Source: Longimicrobiales bacterium
Lineage (GTDB): Bacteria; Gemmatimonadota; Gemmatimonadetes; Longimicrobiales; Gaopeijiaceae
Assembly (NCBI GenBank): GCA_965218295.1
Contig: CBDCKN010000013.1
Coordinates: 64,001 to 128,000 of the forward strand
DNA length: 64,000 nucleotides
Reading direction: 5' to 3'
Both the position numbers and the translations under genes were made by a program. The notes beneath the pieces are model-generated. The model was not told where the DNA came from. It saw nothing but the letters and a program-made list of their open reading frames with translations, and searched no databases. Positions 49,092 through 59,635 of this stretch are shown here, piece by piece. Position 1 is the first letter of the stretch, and every line of letters begins with the position of its first letter.

Positions 49092-51413
49092 TCACCACTG
49101 TGTATGAACCTCGTAGAGCCCTCCCCTCCGGGCCCGGACCCGAATGTGCCCTCTCTCGTCCGTCCGTAACACCCGGACGCCCGCGCCCCTGAGGCGCTCG
49201 ACTACCGTGGCGTGTGGATGCCCGTACCGGTTCCGGGCACCTACCGAGATCACTGCCAGCTCCGGCGATGATCTTGACAGCAGCTGGGGAGACGTGGAAG
49301 TGGTCGACCCGTGATGACCCACCTTGAGCACCTCTAGGGCGCCCGGAAGATCCGGCAGTAGCGCCTCCTCCACCTCGGTGGGCGCGTCTCCGGTAAGAAG
49401 CGCCTCGAAGGCCCCGTAGCGCACGAGGACCACCACGGACTGGGCGTTGGAGTCGCTCTTGCCACTAGGAGCAGTGGTGGGACCGTCGGGGTAGAGAACT
49501 TCGAGCCTGACGCCGTCGAGCTCCACAACAAAGCCCCGGCGAGCCTCGATCCACGGAATCCGGTTGGCCGTGGCCACCTCGAGGACATCCACGTACGCAT
49601 CCTTTCCCGCCGCCTGAGCCGGATCCATGATGAAGCGTGGATCGAACGCTTCTGCGATGACCTCTGCGCCACCGATGTGATCCAGGTCCGGATGGGTGAG
49701 GACGAGCGCTTCCAGTCGATCCACTCCCCGGCGGCGGAGGTAGGGAAGCACGACCCGGGCGCCCGCATCCCAGGAACGCCCCCTCGGGCCGGTATCCACG
49801 AGCACCCAACGACCCGCGGGGGAGCGGATGGCCACCGCGTCGCCTTGCCCTACGCTCAGGAAGACGATCTCGAGCGTTCCATGGCCCAGGCTCTTCTCCA
49901 CCAGAGGCGCGGCACCCGCCCCCACCGCCATGACCAGGATCACCACGACGCGCCTTACCCAGGGTCTCAATCGCCCCGGAGTCGCTCGCACCCACGCCGC
50001 ACCGAGGACTCCTCCAGCTACGCAACCGACGAGAGTCGCGTCTCCCACCCACACGGAGGCGCCGGGGAGAGATCCCATGGTTCCGGCGAGACCTTCGAGC
50101 CCCCGGAGCAGGACGTCCGTGCCGCTTGCCAAGAAGGCGGCCAGCGGCGGAAAGGCACGATAGACACTGAGGGTGGCCAGGAGACCCGGGATGGCCGCAG
50201 CGACCAGGGGGGTGGCCAGCAGGGTCGTGACGATGCCCACGACGGACACCCTCCCGAAGTGCCAGGCGACGAAGGGCAGCGTGAAGAGCGTCGCCGCCAC
50301 CCCGGCCGCCACGCCATTCCGGAGAGACCTCGGCGCCCGGCGAAGCCAGCCCACCCCCAGAGCCTTCCGCAGTGGAGGCGCGGCCGTCACGAGCCCGAGC
50401 GCGCCGGCGAACGAAAGCTGGAAGCCCGGCCGGCCAAGGGCGAAGGGATCCTGAAGTACGAGGATCAGGAGAGCGCTGGCGATCGCCCCGAGGGCACCGG
50501 CGGGCCGGGCCCGCAACCGGGACACCGAGATGAGCGTGAGGATCAGGGCGGCCCGCGAGGCCGCGTCGGGAAATCCGATGAAGGCCACATATAGCCACGT
50601 CACCAGCGTCGCCACGGCGGGCGCTAGTCTCGGCGGGACGCCCACGCCCCGAACCAGCAGGCTCACCACCAGTGCCACCACACCCACATGGAATCCGGAG
50701 ATCGCCAACAGGTGCGAAATCCCGGCCACAGCGAACGACTCCCGGACCTCGGGGTCCAGTCCCTCCTTCCGGGCGAGGATGAGGGCCGAAGCCACAGGCC
50801 AGGTGTCGGGAAAGAGCTATCGGATCCAGGTCTCGACCCGGCCGCGGAGGCGGGCACGGGCACGAGCTGCCCGAAGGCCGAGGGGCTCCACACCGGCCCG
50901 CACATCATCGAGAACGAGCACTCCGGCGAATTGAGGTCTGTGGGCCTCCCGCCGCGGCGAGCGCTGCCAGCGGGCCGTGGCCGTAACGGGCTGCCCCGCC
51001 CCTAGCTGCGTCGAGTTCGGTGGCCGCCAGAGAACGCGCACCTCTCCGTGGCACCCGAGCCCGTCCACGAGGCGAAAGGGACGAGCTCCCGGCCCGGGCA
51101 CCGTCTCGAACCACCCCGACACCAGACCCCGGGCGCCTTCGGGCAGGTGGAGTCGACAGTCACCCTCGGCCGTTTGGCGCCGGGCGTGGGTCAGGGCGGC
51201 TCCGGCCAGGACCGCCACTGCCACTGCCAAGTGGATCCGCCCCGCACGCCGTGAAGACTCCGCACGCGCCGAGCGAAGGAATGGCAGAACGAGTAAGGCG
51301 AGAGGAGTGAGGGAAGGGACGTGTGAGAGAGGGGAGGCGAAGACCGTGACGGCGGCGCATCCGGCGATGAAGGCCAGGGCGAGCAGTGCCACGGGGGGCA
51401 GCCGGGGTCTCAT
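49092..51413 (-). pseudogene. comEC: ComEC/Rec2 competence protein interrupted by one in-frame TAG (50817-50819)
   Basis: RVETWIR*LFPDTWPVASALILARKE in a single frame. SHLLAISGFHV, VGQGDA, THPDLDHIGG, KVGHHGS, YGHPH. Confidence 0.88.
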
Positions 51414-51452
51414 GGAGGGCCGTGGAGACGCCGGAGAGCATCCGGATTCAGG

Positions 51453-51785
51453 CTAGAACACCTCCTCCTCCTCTTCCCCCACAGGGGGCTCGGTGGCAAA
51501 GAGCTCCTGCTGGGTGCGATCGATGAGGGCACGCTCGTCCCGGTCTTCCGTCTTCAGTCGCTGGCGCAGGATCGCCCGCACCTTCAGGTCGCTCTGCACA
51601 CCGGCGATTAGCATGACCACCATTCCGGTGAACAGGCCGCCGAATGCCACCATGGTCACGGGCACCCGGTTCAGGACGACGATCCCCAGATCCACCGTGA
51701 CGCGTTGACCACCGTTCAACGCGGTGAAGACCATGGCAACGACCAGCACCGCCAAAACACCCAGGGGCCCGGCGATGCGACTCAT
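51453..51785 (-). CDS. LapA/DUF1049-like small membrane protein
   Basis: Two TM helices with FTALNGGQRVTVDL and a charged tail. Confidence 0.7.
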   Translation of the reverse strand: MSRIAGPLGVLAVLVVAMVFTALNGGQRVTVDLGIVVLNRVPVTMVAFGGLFTGMVVMLIAGVQSDLKVRAILRQRLKTEDRDERALIDRTQQELFATEPPVGEEEEEVF

Positions 51786-51846
51786 GGGCGACGTGGTCCA
51801 CGTGGTCCGCGGGGATGCCTCACGGGCGTGACAGCCACGTCCCGGC

Positions 51847-53244
51847 TCATGAGCGAGCGACGAGGACAGGAGCGTCCCGCAGCTCGCCGACGCGCAGCTC
51901 GCCTACGAACGTCGCCCCGCTGGTAGCGGTCAGGGAGACCGTCTGATAGGTGCCGATGAGCTCGGTCGAGCCCGGGAAGGCCACCACCTTGTTCCGCCCC
52001 GTGCGGCCGAGGATCTGCCCCGGCTTGCGCGCGGTCTTCTCCACCAGGACTTCTTCGACCCGCCCCACTTCACCCCGGTTGATCTCACCCTGGATCTCGC
52101 GATGGACCTCGATGAGTCGCTCGAGGCGTCCCTGAGCCTCGTCATCGGCAATGAAGTCTTCGGCCGGGAGTCGCGTGGCGGGAGTCCCCTCACGCGGCGA
52201 ATACCGATACGTGTAGGCGTCGTCGAACCGCACTTCGCGTAAGACGTCCAACGTGTCCTCGAACTCCTCACGCGACTCGCCAGGGAAGGCCACGATGACG
52301 TCCGTAGAGAGGGCGATGTCGGGTATGGCCCGTCGGGCCAGCTCCACCTTCTCCAGGAATCTCTCCACCGTGTAGCGACGCAGCATGCGCTTCAGCACGC
52401 GGTCGTTCCCCGACTGGAGGGGTAGATGCAGCTGCTCGCAGATGGCGGGCTCCTCGGCCATCACCCCCAGGAGCTGCGGAGTCACGTCGTTGGGGTGGGG
52501 CGACGTAAAGCGCACCCGCCGAAGACCGGGGATCCGAGCCACGGACCGGAGCAGGTCGGTGAACGACACCTCCCCCGATCGATACGAGTTCACGGTCTGT
52601 CCCAGAAGCGTCACCTCGGTCAGGCCCGAGGCAGCGATCTCTTCGATCTCCTCGAGGACCGCTTCGGGTCGACGGTTCTTTTCCGGGCCCCGAACGTAGG
52701 GCACGATGCAGAACGTGCACCGGTGATCGCAGCCTCTCTGGATCGGCACCCAGGCAGAGATCCGGGACGTCCGGCGTTGTGACAGGCCCTCGTAGCTCTC
52801 GGCCGGGTTCAGGTCCAGGACGGCAAGCTGGGGCCCCCGCTTCTTGCTCGATCGGGAAGGCCTGGCCCGGCGCCCTTCTTCCAGGGCCTCGAGTCGCTCG
52901 GGGAGGGATCGATACCCGTCGGGGCCCATGACGAGATCGACGAGGGGGGCCTGCTTCAGGAGGACGTCACCCATCCGCTGGGCCATGCACCCCGTGACGC
53001 CGATGATGACCTCGGGCCGCTCCCGCTTCAGCCCGGAGAGCTGCCCCACCCTGCCCAGCACCCGCTTCTCCGCATGCTCGCGGATCGCACAGGTGTTGAC
53101 CAGAATGACGTCGGCCTCCTCGGGTGAGGAAGCGATCTCATACCCCTGATCGGCCAGGATCCCCTCCATCAGCTCGCCGTCGCTGATGTTCATCTGGCAG
53201 CCGTACGTCTCGACGTAGGCCCGCTTCCTGGGTCTCGAGGTCAT
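51847..53244 (-). CDS. miaB: tRNA methylthiotransferase MiaB
   Basis: YGCQMN, NTCAIRE, CDHRCTFC, LLGQTVNSY, TRAM domain. Confidence 0.95.
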   Translation of the reverse strand: MTSRPRKRAYVETYGCQMNISDGELMEGILADQGYEIASSPEEADVILVNTCAIREHAEKRVLGRVGQLSGLKRERPEVIIGVTGCMAQRMGDVLLKQAPLVDLVMGPDGYRSLPERLEALEEGRRARPSRSSKKRGPQLAVLDLNPAESYEGLSQRRTSRISAWVPIQRGCDHRCTFCIVPYVRGPEKNRRPEAVLEEIEEIAASGLTEVTLLGQTVNSYRSGEVSFTDLLRSVARIPGLRRVRFTSPHPNDVTPQLLGVMAEEPAICEQLHLPLQSGNDRVLKRMLRRYTVERFLEKVELARRAIPDIALSTDVIVAFPGESREEFEDTLDVLREVRFDDAYTYRYSPREGTPATRLPAEDFIADDEAQGRLERLIEVHREIQGEINRGEVGRVEEVLVEKTARKPGQILGRTGRNKVVAFPGSTELIGTYQTVSLTATSGATFVGELRVGELRDAPVLVARS

Positions 53245-54584
53245 GCCGAAGTCAGTTGTGGATGCAGTGACAAGTCCATGTCGGAGGGAGCCGACGGATC
53301 GAGCTCAATATACAGGTCTTGGCCTAGCCCCCGTAACCGACCCCTGTGCAGTCGTCCCAGATGCGACGCTCCCACCCCTCTGGCACCCACACGCAAGTAG
53401 TCACCTGTGAGGGCCAAACGGCCCTGGGCCTCCAGCGTCACCTCGGCGCTCTCGCCGGAGCGGGAGCTCCGGTATCGCCGGCCTTTCTCCTGGGCCAGCG
53501 TCCTTATCGCTCGGCTCCGCTCCCCGGCGATGCGCTGGGGCACGGGGTTCGGGAGCTGTGCGGCCTCGGTGCCGTCCTTGGGTGAGAAGGGGAAGACGTG
53601 GAGGTAGGTGTATGGGAGCTCCTCGACCAGTCTCATCGTGGCTTCGTGATCATCTCCCGTCTCGCCCGGAAAACCGGTGATCACGTCTGCGCCGAGGCCG
53701 AAGCGCGAGAGTCTCGCCGCGATCTCGAGGGTCCGGGCCCGGTAGGTCTCCCTGGTATGCCAGCGCCTCATGCGGCGGAGCACCGGATCGGCCCCACTCT
53801 GGAGGGGCATATGGAGGTGAGGGGCCACCCGGCCTCTCGAGGTGGCCATCAGCTCCAGGAGGAGCTCGTCGACCTCCGTGGCTTCGATACTGCCGAGGCG
53901 AAAGCGGACGTCCGGCACCTGGTCCAGAAGTCGGGCCAGCAGCTCCGAGAGCGTGAGTGACACGTCCAGGTCACGCCCGTAGTGGCCGATGTGGATGCCG
54001 GTAAGAACCAGCTCCGGATGATGCCCGGCGAGGACCGAGGCCTCGCGAATCACCACCTCGGGCGGTCGCGAGCGGCTCGTGCCCCTGGCCAATCGCGTGG
54101 CGCAGAAGGAGCAGCGTCGGTCGCAACCGTCCTGGATCTTCAGCCAACCCCTCGTGGCCCCCTCCCTGCGCGTCAGGATAGACGCGCCCACAGGCTCCAG
54201 GTCCAACCGATCCAGGCTTCGCTGCATGCCGAGCTGGACCAGCCCGCCGTGGACGTCCACCACGGCCCGGGCCAGCTCCACGGGATCGTGGCCCGCCACG
54301 ACGGCCTCGACCTCGCTCATGGCCTCGTACTCGGCCGCCCTGAGCGCGGCGGAGCACCCCGCTACGATCACTCGAGCCTCGGGTCTCTCCCTCCGGAGCC
54401 GGCGGATGAAGCGGCGAGCCTCGGCGTCGGCGGCGTTGGTCACCGTGCAGGTGTTCACCACGCATACCTCGGCGGGGGAGTCTCCATTTACCGTACGGGC
54501 GCCCCGGGCTTCCAGCTCCTGCCGCATACGCTCCGTGTCGTACTGGTTGGCCTTGCAACCGAAGGTGTGATATAGGACCCTCAT
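53241..54584 (-). CDS. mtaB: MtaB-like methylthiotransferase
   Basis: FGCKANQYD, NTCTVT, KIQDGCDRRCSFC, LTGIHIG, LHVFPFS. Confidence 0.85.
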   Translation of the reverse strand: MRVLYHTFGCKANQYDTERMRQELEARGARTVNGDSPAEVCVVNTCTVTNAADAEARRFIRRLRRERPEARVIVAGCSAALRAAEYEAMSEVEAVVAGHDPVELARAVVDVHGGLVQLGMQRSLDRLDLEPVGASILTRREGATRGWLKIQDGCDRRCSFCATRLARGTSRSRPPEVVIREASVLAGHHPELVLTGIHIGHYGRDLDVSLTLSELLARLLDQVPDVRFRLGSIEATEVDELLLELMATSRGRVAPHLHMPLQSGADPVLRRMRRWHTRETYRARTLEIAARLSRFGLGADVITGFPGETGDDHEATMRLVEELPYTYLHVFPFSPKDGTEAAQLPNPVPQRIAGERSRAIRTLAQEKGRRYRSSRSGESAEVTLEAQGRLALTGDYLRVGARGVGASHLGRLHRGRLRGLGQDLYIELDPSAPSDMDLSLHPQLTSA

Positions 54585-54597
54585 GTCGCCTGCCGCC

Positions 54598-55776
54598 TCA
54601 GCGGCCTCCGACCCGGACCGTGAGGGTGAGTCGGCGGAATCTCTCGTCCAGGTCACCAGCGCTACGGCTTCCTATCTCCACGGCGGCATCCACGGTGGCC
54701 AGGGGGACTCCAAGGGCCTGGGCCACGACGATGGAGAACCCGCCCGAGATGGTGTTCTCCGCCGCGCTCTCTCCCTTGAACAGGAAGGGGAACTCGGTGT
54801 GCCGATAACCCAGGCGGAGCGGCAGCTCGCCGGCCCAGAAGCTCCCGGCCCGCCATTGGAGGCCTGCTCCAAGGGTGATGACCCTTCCGACGGCGAGCGC
54901 ATCGATCTCGGGATTGCCCAGATCCGCCCAATTCGCGGTGGAAAGACCCGCCGTCAGCGAAAGCGCGGGGCTCAAGATAGTCGTGGCCGCCACCCGGATC
55001 TCCAGGGGAGCCGAAACCTCGATCGTCCCACCCTCGGTTATCCCCACCGGCTCTCCGCTGATGGTCCCCGACCAGCCCAGAGACGCACCCAGCTGCACCA
55101 CATCCATGGGATCCCAGGATGCGTTCACAGAAGCGACGGGACCCGAGTACGTCCACCTTCCCGCGTCGCCGTAAGGGGCGATCTGGGTTGCCACCTCGAG
55201 GCTGTCCAGCTCCCTGTCGAACGACCGGTTGAAGGTCCGGTCGACATGGCCGCGGTAGAGGCCGGCGGAGGCACCGACGGCAAAGGTCGTCGAAAGGCGC
55301 CGGGCGAAGCCGACTCGAAGCGCGGACACGCCGCCATCGGAGCGGAACGTGTCGGTGATGGGAATCGACTCTCCCGACACGTCGACGGTGCCCTGGGTCA
55401 CGGCGGTCCAGCGCTGCTCGAAGACGCTTCCGGCCGTCACCGTCAAGACGCTCTGAATACCCAGGGGGTACGCGAACCCCAGAATCGGGAAGCGAGTCCC
55501 CCGGAAGTCGCCCTCTTCGGATCCCAGGGTGTAGTCACCCCATGTGGGTTGGATCGTAAACGTCACCGTAGGAGCCAGCAGATCGAGGGAAGCCGTGGGC
55601 TCGCCGGGAAGGACCGACGCCGTCCCGGCTGCCGGGCCTACCCCACCCAGAGCGCGCTGCACCGCGTCCAGAGGCTCGGCTCGAATGCCGAGCCCTCCTG
55701 CTCCCAGGATGGATTGGCCCGCGCTCACACCGGGCAGGCCCGCCATCAAGCAGAACAGGATCCAGGCACGCCTCAT
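54598..55776 (-). CDS. Putative outer-membrane beta-barrel protein (FadL-like)
   Basis: Signal peptide and alternating amphipathic strands. Family assignment is tentative. Confidence 0.65.
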   Translation of the reverse strand: MRRAWILFCLMAGLPGVSAGQSILGAGGLGIRAEPLDAVQRALGGVGPAAGTASVLPGEPTASLDLLAPTVTFTIQPTWGDYTLGSEEGDFRGTRFPILGFAYPLGIQSVLTVTAGSVFEQRWTAVTQGTVDVSGESIPITDTFRSDGGVSALRVGFARRLSTTFAVGASAGLYRGHVDRTFNRSFDRELDSLEVATQIAPYGDAGRWTYSGPVASVNASWDPMDVVQLGASLGWSGTISGEPVGITEGGTIEVSAPLEIRVAATTILSPALSLTAGLSTANWADLGNPEIDALAVGRVITLGAGLQWRAGSFWAGELPLRLGYRHTEFPFLFKGESAAENTISGGFSIVVAQALGVPLATVDAAVEIGSRSAGDLDERFRRLTLTVRVGGR

Positions 55777-57116
55777 GGGAGCCTCACCCTTCCAGCCACG
55801 GTCAGGAGCAGTCGTAGTATGGGGGCCCTGGGGCTGCCTGGCCCATGGAAGGATGCGAACCCGAGTGCAGGTGGCTCGAAGAAGCTGAGGAAAACGACGG
55901 TGTTCGGCGTGTTGGCCAGCGTGGCGGAGTCGCCGAGCATGAGGTCCGTTATGAGACCCGTCACAGGAAAGGCGATCTGGGTATTCGCCGCGTCGGTGAA
56001 CAGCTCGGGTTGGACTCGCTTGCCGAAGGCCCCGGACAGCTGTCCACCGAAAGGAGACTTGGGAAGGAGCTCCGGGTTGACCACCGGGCGTAGATCGAGG
56101 TTCAGGCTGGCGAAGAGCTCGTATGCCGGATTGATCTCCCGGGTGGTCAACACCAGCTCAGCCAGATTCACCTGTGCGTCGGCCTCGCGGAGGTCGAAGG
56201 GGCACGCTACGATGGCGCACACCTCAGGAGGGCCGTCGAGCACGCGCGGAACGTCGAGGCTTATGACGGTCCGCCAGGACGGGGCTCCCCCGACCCTCAG
56301 ACCCTCGGTGGGTGGCCCCGGAAGTGGGTCGTAGATGAAGCTGCTCTCACCGGCGACGGCGGTCACCTCTACCAGGCTGTCCGGAGGCATGCTGGGCTGC
56401 ACGATCAGCCTGAGGCGGGCAGCCTCCACGATGATGCGCCGGCCCGGATCGTCTAGAGCTATCAGCACGCCTCGTGAGGCATCGGAGGGATCCGCCCACG
56501 CGGCGATCTGCGCCGAGTCCACCGCGATGCTCACAGAGTCGTTGAAGGGGATCGTGTCGCCTGCGGGCCGGCCGAGCTGACGGTCGAAGGTGCCGGACCC
56601 GATGGGTACCGTGAACCCCCCACCGGGCTGCAGCCACTCCGTACGCTCCGCCAGCGTATCGACCGCCACCTCCCAGTTCACGGTGCGCACGTCCCAGCGC
56701 TGCTGGAGGGCGGATGCGCTGACGTCGGCCGGGCCGAGCGCCACGCCTTGCACGGTGTCGAAGAACAGGACGAGCCGTCCGCCGATCAGGGAGAACTCCT
56801 TGTCGTACGTAGCGACGCTGGTAGCCGCGTCGAAGAGGCGCACGGAATCGGGGTAGGTGCCGAAACGAATCAGGACCCTGGAATTCAGCCCCTGGAAGTC
56901 CTTTGCGAGAATACCGCGGCCCATGGTCGCCGGGGTTCCGTAGCCTCCGAGCACCTGTACGCCGTCGGTGAACTCCTCGAACGGCAGCAGCACCTCTACG
57001 GTCCGAGGGTTCAGGTCATCGACGACGTCCTCGACGGAGGCAGTCGGGTTCTTTTCCGTGCATCCCGCGAGGACCACGGCAAGAAGGGCCCCGTATGTCG
57101 CCAAGGTTCGCTTCAA
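55773..57116 (-). CDS. Putative lipoprotein
   Basis: TTG start overlapping the cdd stop. Lipobox VLAGC. Confidence 0.7.
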   Translation of the reverse strand: MKRTLATYGALLAVVLAGCTEKNPTASVEDVVDDLNPRTVEVLLPFEEFTDGVQVLGGYGTPATMGRGILAKDFQGLNSRVLIRFGTYPDSVRLFDAATSVATYDKEFSLIGGRLVLFFDTVQGVALGPADVSASALQQRWDVRTVNWEVAVDTLAERTEWLQPGGGFTVPIGSGTFDRQLGRPAGDTIPFNDSVSIAVDSAQIAAWADPSDASRGVLIALDDPGRRIIVEAARLRLIVQPSMPPDSLVEVTAVAGESSFIYDPLPGPPTEGLRVGGAPSWRTVISLDVPRVLDGPPEVCAIVACPFDLREADAQVNLAELVLTTREINPAYELFASLNLDLRPVVNPELLPKSPFGGQLSGAFGKRVQPELFTDAANTQIAFPVTGLITDLMLGDSATLANTPNTVVFLSFFEPPALGFASFHGPGSPRAPILRLLLTVAGRVRLP

Positions 57117-57517
57117 ACCGACTTCCTCGGACTCTGATCCGCTTCCAGGTGGAACCGCTCCGGGAGGAGAGCATCCAGGCTCCACTCCCGGCACACACCA
57201 CTCGACTCCGACACGATCGGAAGACTCGGGGAAAACTCGCCGAGTACCTGCCGGCAGGCACCGCACGGAGCGCGTGGATCACCCTGCTCGACGCTCAAGG
57301 CCAGCCGCCGAAACTCCTGATGGCCCGCTGCCACAGCAGCCGCCACCGCCGATTGCTCCGCGCAGATGGTCAGTCCGAGCGAAGCATTTTCGACGTTGCA
57401 CCCGACGAAGACGGTACCGTCCGCCGCCTCCAGCGCCGCGCCGACCCGAAATCCCGAATACGGCGCGTATGCACTTTCCCGGACCCGGGCAGCGGCCTCC
57501 AGCAGCCTATCGGTCAC
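57113..57517 (-). CDS. cdd: Cytidine deaminase
   Basis: AYAPYSGFRVGAA, NVENAS, CAE, PCGACRQ. Confidence 0.95.
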   Translation of the reverse strand: MTDRLLEAAARVRESAYAPYSGFRVGAALEAADGTVFVGCNVENASLGLTICAEQSAVAAAVAAGHQEFRRLALSVEQGDPRAPCGACRQVLGEFSPSLPIVSESSGVCREWSLDALLPERFHLEADQSPRKSV

Positions 57518-58688
57518 CGCCGGCCCCTGTCCAAATCCTGGGAAGCCGGCTCGTGAGTCCCGTGAGGATCTCATAGCTGATCGTGCCCGCCTGTACCGCT
57601 ACTTCGTCCACCGTGATCCGTGCCTCTCCATCCGTTCCGAGCAACGTAGCCGTATCACCCACCACCACGTCGTCGTCGTCCGAGATGTCTACCACCGTCA
57701 GGTCCATCGAGATCCGTCCGACGATCGGCACTCGCCGCCCGCGAAGGAGCGCGCTTCCTCGATTCCCGAGGATTCGCGGGAGACCGTCGCCGTACCCGAT
57801 CCCCAGAGTCGCCCATCGCTCACTCCCACGGGCCCGGTACGTGGCCCCGTAACCCAGCGTAGTACCCTCGGGCACCTCTCGGATGAGGGTCACGCGTGCC
57901 CGGAGCTGCACCACCTCGTCGGGAGGTGCCACACCCGCTCCCACGGCACCGCCATAGAGGAAGATCCCCGGCCGTACCGCATCCGCCGCCAAAGACGGGT
58001 ATCGTAGGGCTGCCGCCCCGTTGCAGGCGTGAATCAGTCCAACCCCCCGGCCGGCCAGCCTAACGCTGGCTGGCCCATCGCGAGCCAACCCGTCCAGAGC
58101 CTCTCGAAAGCGCCGCCACTGCTCCGAGGTGGAGTCGTCACCCGCCACGTCGGCCGAGTGGAAGTGCGTGTAGCAGCCCTCCCAGACCAGCGGATCGCTC
58201 AGGCGCTCCGCCAATGCCGGACCCCACTCCCCGATCCGCCGCCAATCGAACCCGGAGCGCCCCATCCCCGTGTCGATCTCCACGTGGAAGCGGGCCTCTC
58301 GCCCCAACCACTCTGCGGACGCGGCGAGTCGATCGAGGGCGTCCACCTCCGAGAGGGTCGGCGTGAGCGCCTCGGCCACCGCGAGATCATAGGCCTCTGG
58401 TAGGAGAGGGCTGACGATCACGACCGGCTTCACCACTCCCCCGGCCCTGAGGCGTGCGCCCTCTTCCACCGTCGCCACGCCGTAGCCCCAGGGACCTTCG
58501 GGCTCCAAGGCCCGCACCACGGCCTGCATTCCGAGACCGTACGCATCGGCCTTCACCATCGGGATGATGGCCGAAGCGGGTCCGACGGATTCCCGGATCC
58601 GGCGGAAGTTCCTGCGCAGAGCCCCGCCTCGGACCTCGACCCAGGACCTGCCAGGCGCATCCACGGCGGCCTGCTCGTCCGTTGACAT
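57507..58688 (-). CDS. alr: Alanine racemase
   Basis: MVKADAYG, IDTGMGRSG, RPGIFLYG, GYGDG, GRISMD. Confidence 0.95.
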   Translation of the reverse strand: MSTDEQAAVDAPGRSWVEVRGGALRRNFRRIRESVGPASAIIPMVKADAYGLGMQAVVRALEPEGPWGYGVATVEEGARLRAGGVVKPVVIVSPLLPEAYDLAVAEALTPTLSEVDALDRLAASAEWLGREARFHVEIDTGMGRSGFDWRRIGEWGPALAERLSDPLVWEGCYTHFHSADVAGDDSTSEQWRRFREALDGLARDGPASVRLAGRGVGLIHACNGAAALRYPSLAADAVRPGIFLYGGAVGAGVAPPDEVVQLRARVTLIREVPEGTTLGYGATYRARGSERWATLGIGYGDGLPRILGNRGSALLRGRRVPIVGRISMDLTVVDISDDDDVVVGDTATLLGTDGEARITVDEVAVQAGTISYEILTGLTSRLPRIWTGAGGDR

Positions 58689-58760
58689 AGACGTGGAAAA
58701 AAGCGAAAAGATAAGCCTTGATCAAGGTCCGTTCCCCCCGAACACGAGTGACCATCCGAT

Positions 58761-59552
58761 ATGAGCGGCGACGCCGAGACACTACCCCCGCACGACTTCG
58801 GGCCAGGAACGCTGGATCGCGCCCTGGAGCTGATCCGGTTCCTTCGCGAGCACTGCCCGTGGGATCGCGCCCAGACCCCGGAAAGCCTGGTTCCGCACCT
58901 CCTGGAAGAGAGCCATGAGGTGGTGGACGCCATTCGCGGTAGGCGGGACGAGGATCTCGAGGGCGAACTCGGAGACCTGCTGCTCAACCTGGCGTTCCAG
59001 ATCGTTCTCGGAGAAGAGCGCGAGGCGTTCACATCGGGCTCCGTCTCGAGGCGGCTCGAGGAGAAGATGAAGCGGCGGCACCCTCACCTCTTCGGCCTGG
59101 GGGAGAGAGTCGACTGGGAAGTGCTCAAGGCGCGAGAGCGCGAGGACGGCGCATCGCTCCTGACCGGCCTCCCGGAGGCCCTGGACCCCCTGCACCGGGC
59201 CCACCGGATCCAGGACCGCGTCAGCGGCGTAGGCTTCGACTGGCCTGACGCCTCGGGAGCATGGGAGAAGGTCAGCGAGGAGCTCGAGGAGGTGAAGGAC
59301 AGCCTGACCGGAGAGGATCCGGTCCACCTCGAGGAGGAGCTAGGAGACCTGCTCTTCGCCATGGTGAACCTGGTGCGCCTCACCGGAGGTCACTCGGCCA
59401 CGTCACTGGAGCGTGCGAACCGGAAGTTCACACGCCGATTCGAACGCTTGGAGGCGGTGGCCGCGGAGCGGAACGTGGTCCTGGGCGAGGCGACCCTCGA
59501 AGAGCTGGATGCCATCTGGGACGAGATCAAGTCCAATCCTTCCCAGTCATGA
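58761..59552 (+). CDS. mazG: Nucleoside triphosphate pyrophosphohydrolase MazG
   Basis: CPWDRAQT, ELGDLL twice, RRHPH, GFDW, KFTRRF. Confidence 0.95.
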   Translation: MSGDAETLPPHDFGPGTLDRALELIRFLREHCPWDRAQTPESLVPHLLEESHEVVDAIRGRRDEDLEGELGDLLLNLAFQIVLGEEREAFTSGSVSRRLEEKMKRRHPHLFGLGERVDWEVLKAREREDGASLLTGLPEALDPLHRAHRIQDRVSGVGFDWPDASGAWEKVSEELEEVKDSLTGEDPVHLEEELGDLLFAMVNLVRLTGGHSATSLERANRKFTRRFERLEAVAAERNVVLGEATLEELDAIWDEIKSNPSQS

Positions 59553-59555
59553 GGT

Positions 59556-59587
59556 CGCCCCCACGTTGCCGCGGAAACGTGGGGGCG
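59556..59587. repeat. 32-bp palindrome with one mismatch, core CGTTGCCGCGGAAACG
   Basis: CGCCCCCACGTT-GCCGCGGA-AACGTGGGGGCG. No U-tract. Confidence 0.7.
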
Positions 59588-59635
59588 GGCTGCCCTCCGT
59601 GTGGCTGCGGATGTGCCTGTACATTACTTTCCGTC

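Noticed and set aside
54583..56334. 583-aa plus-strand ORF (also 26199-27719)
   Set aside because: Shadow ORFs opposite better-supported genes.
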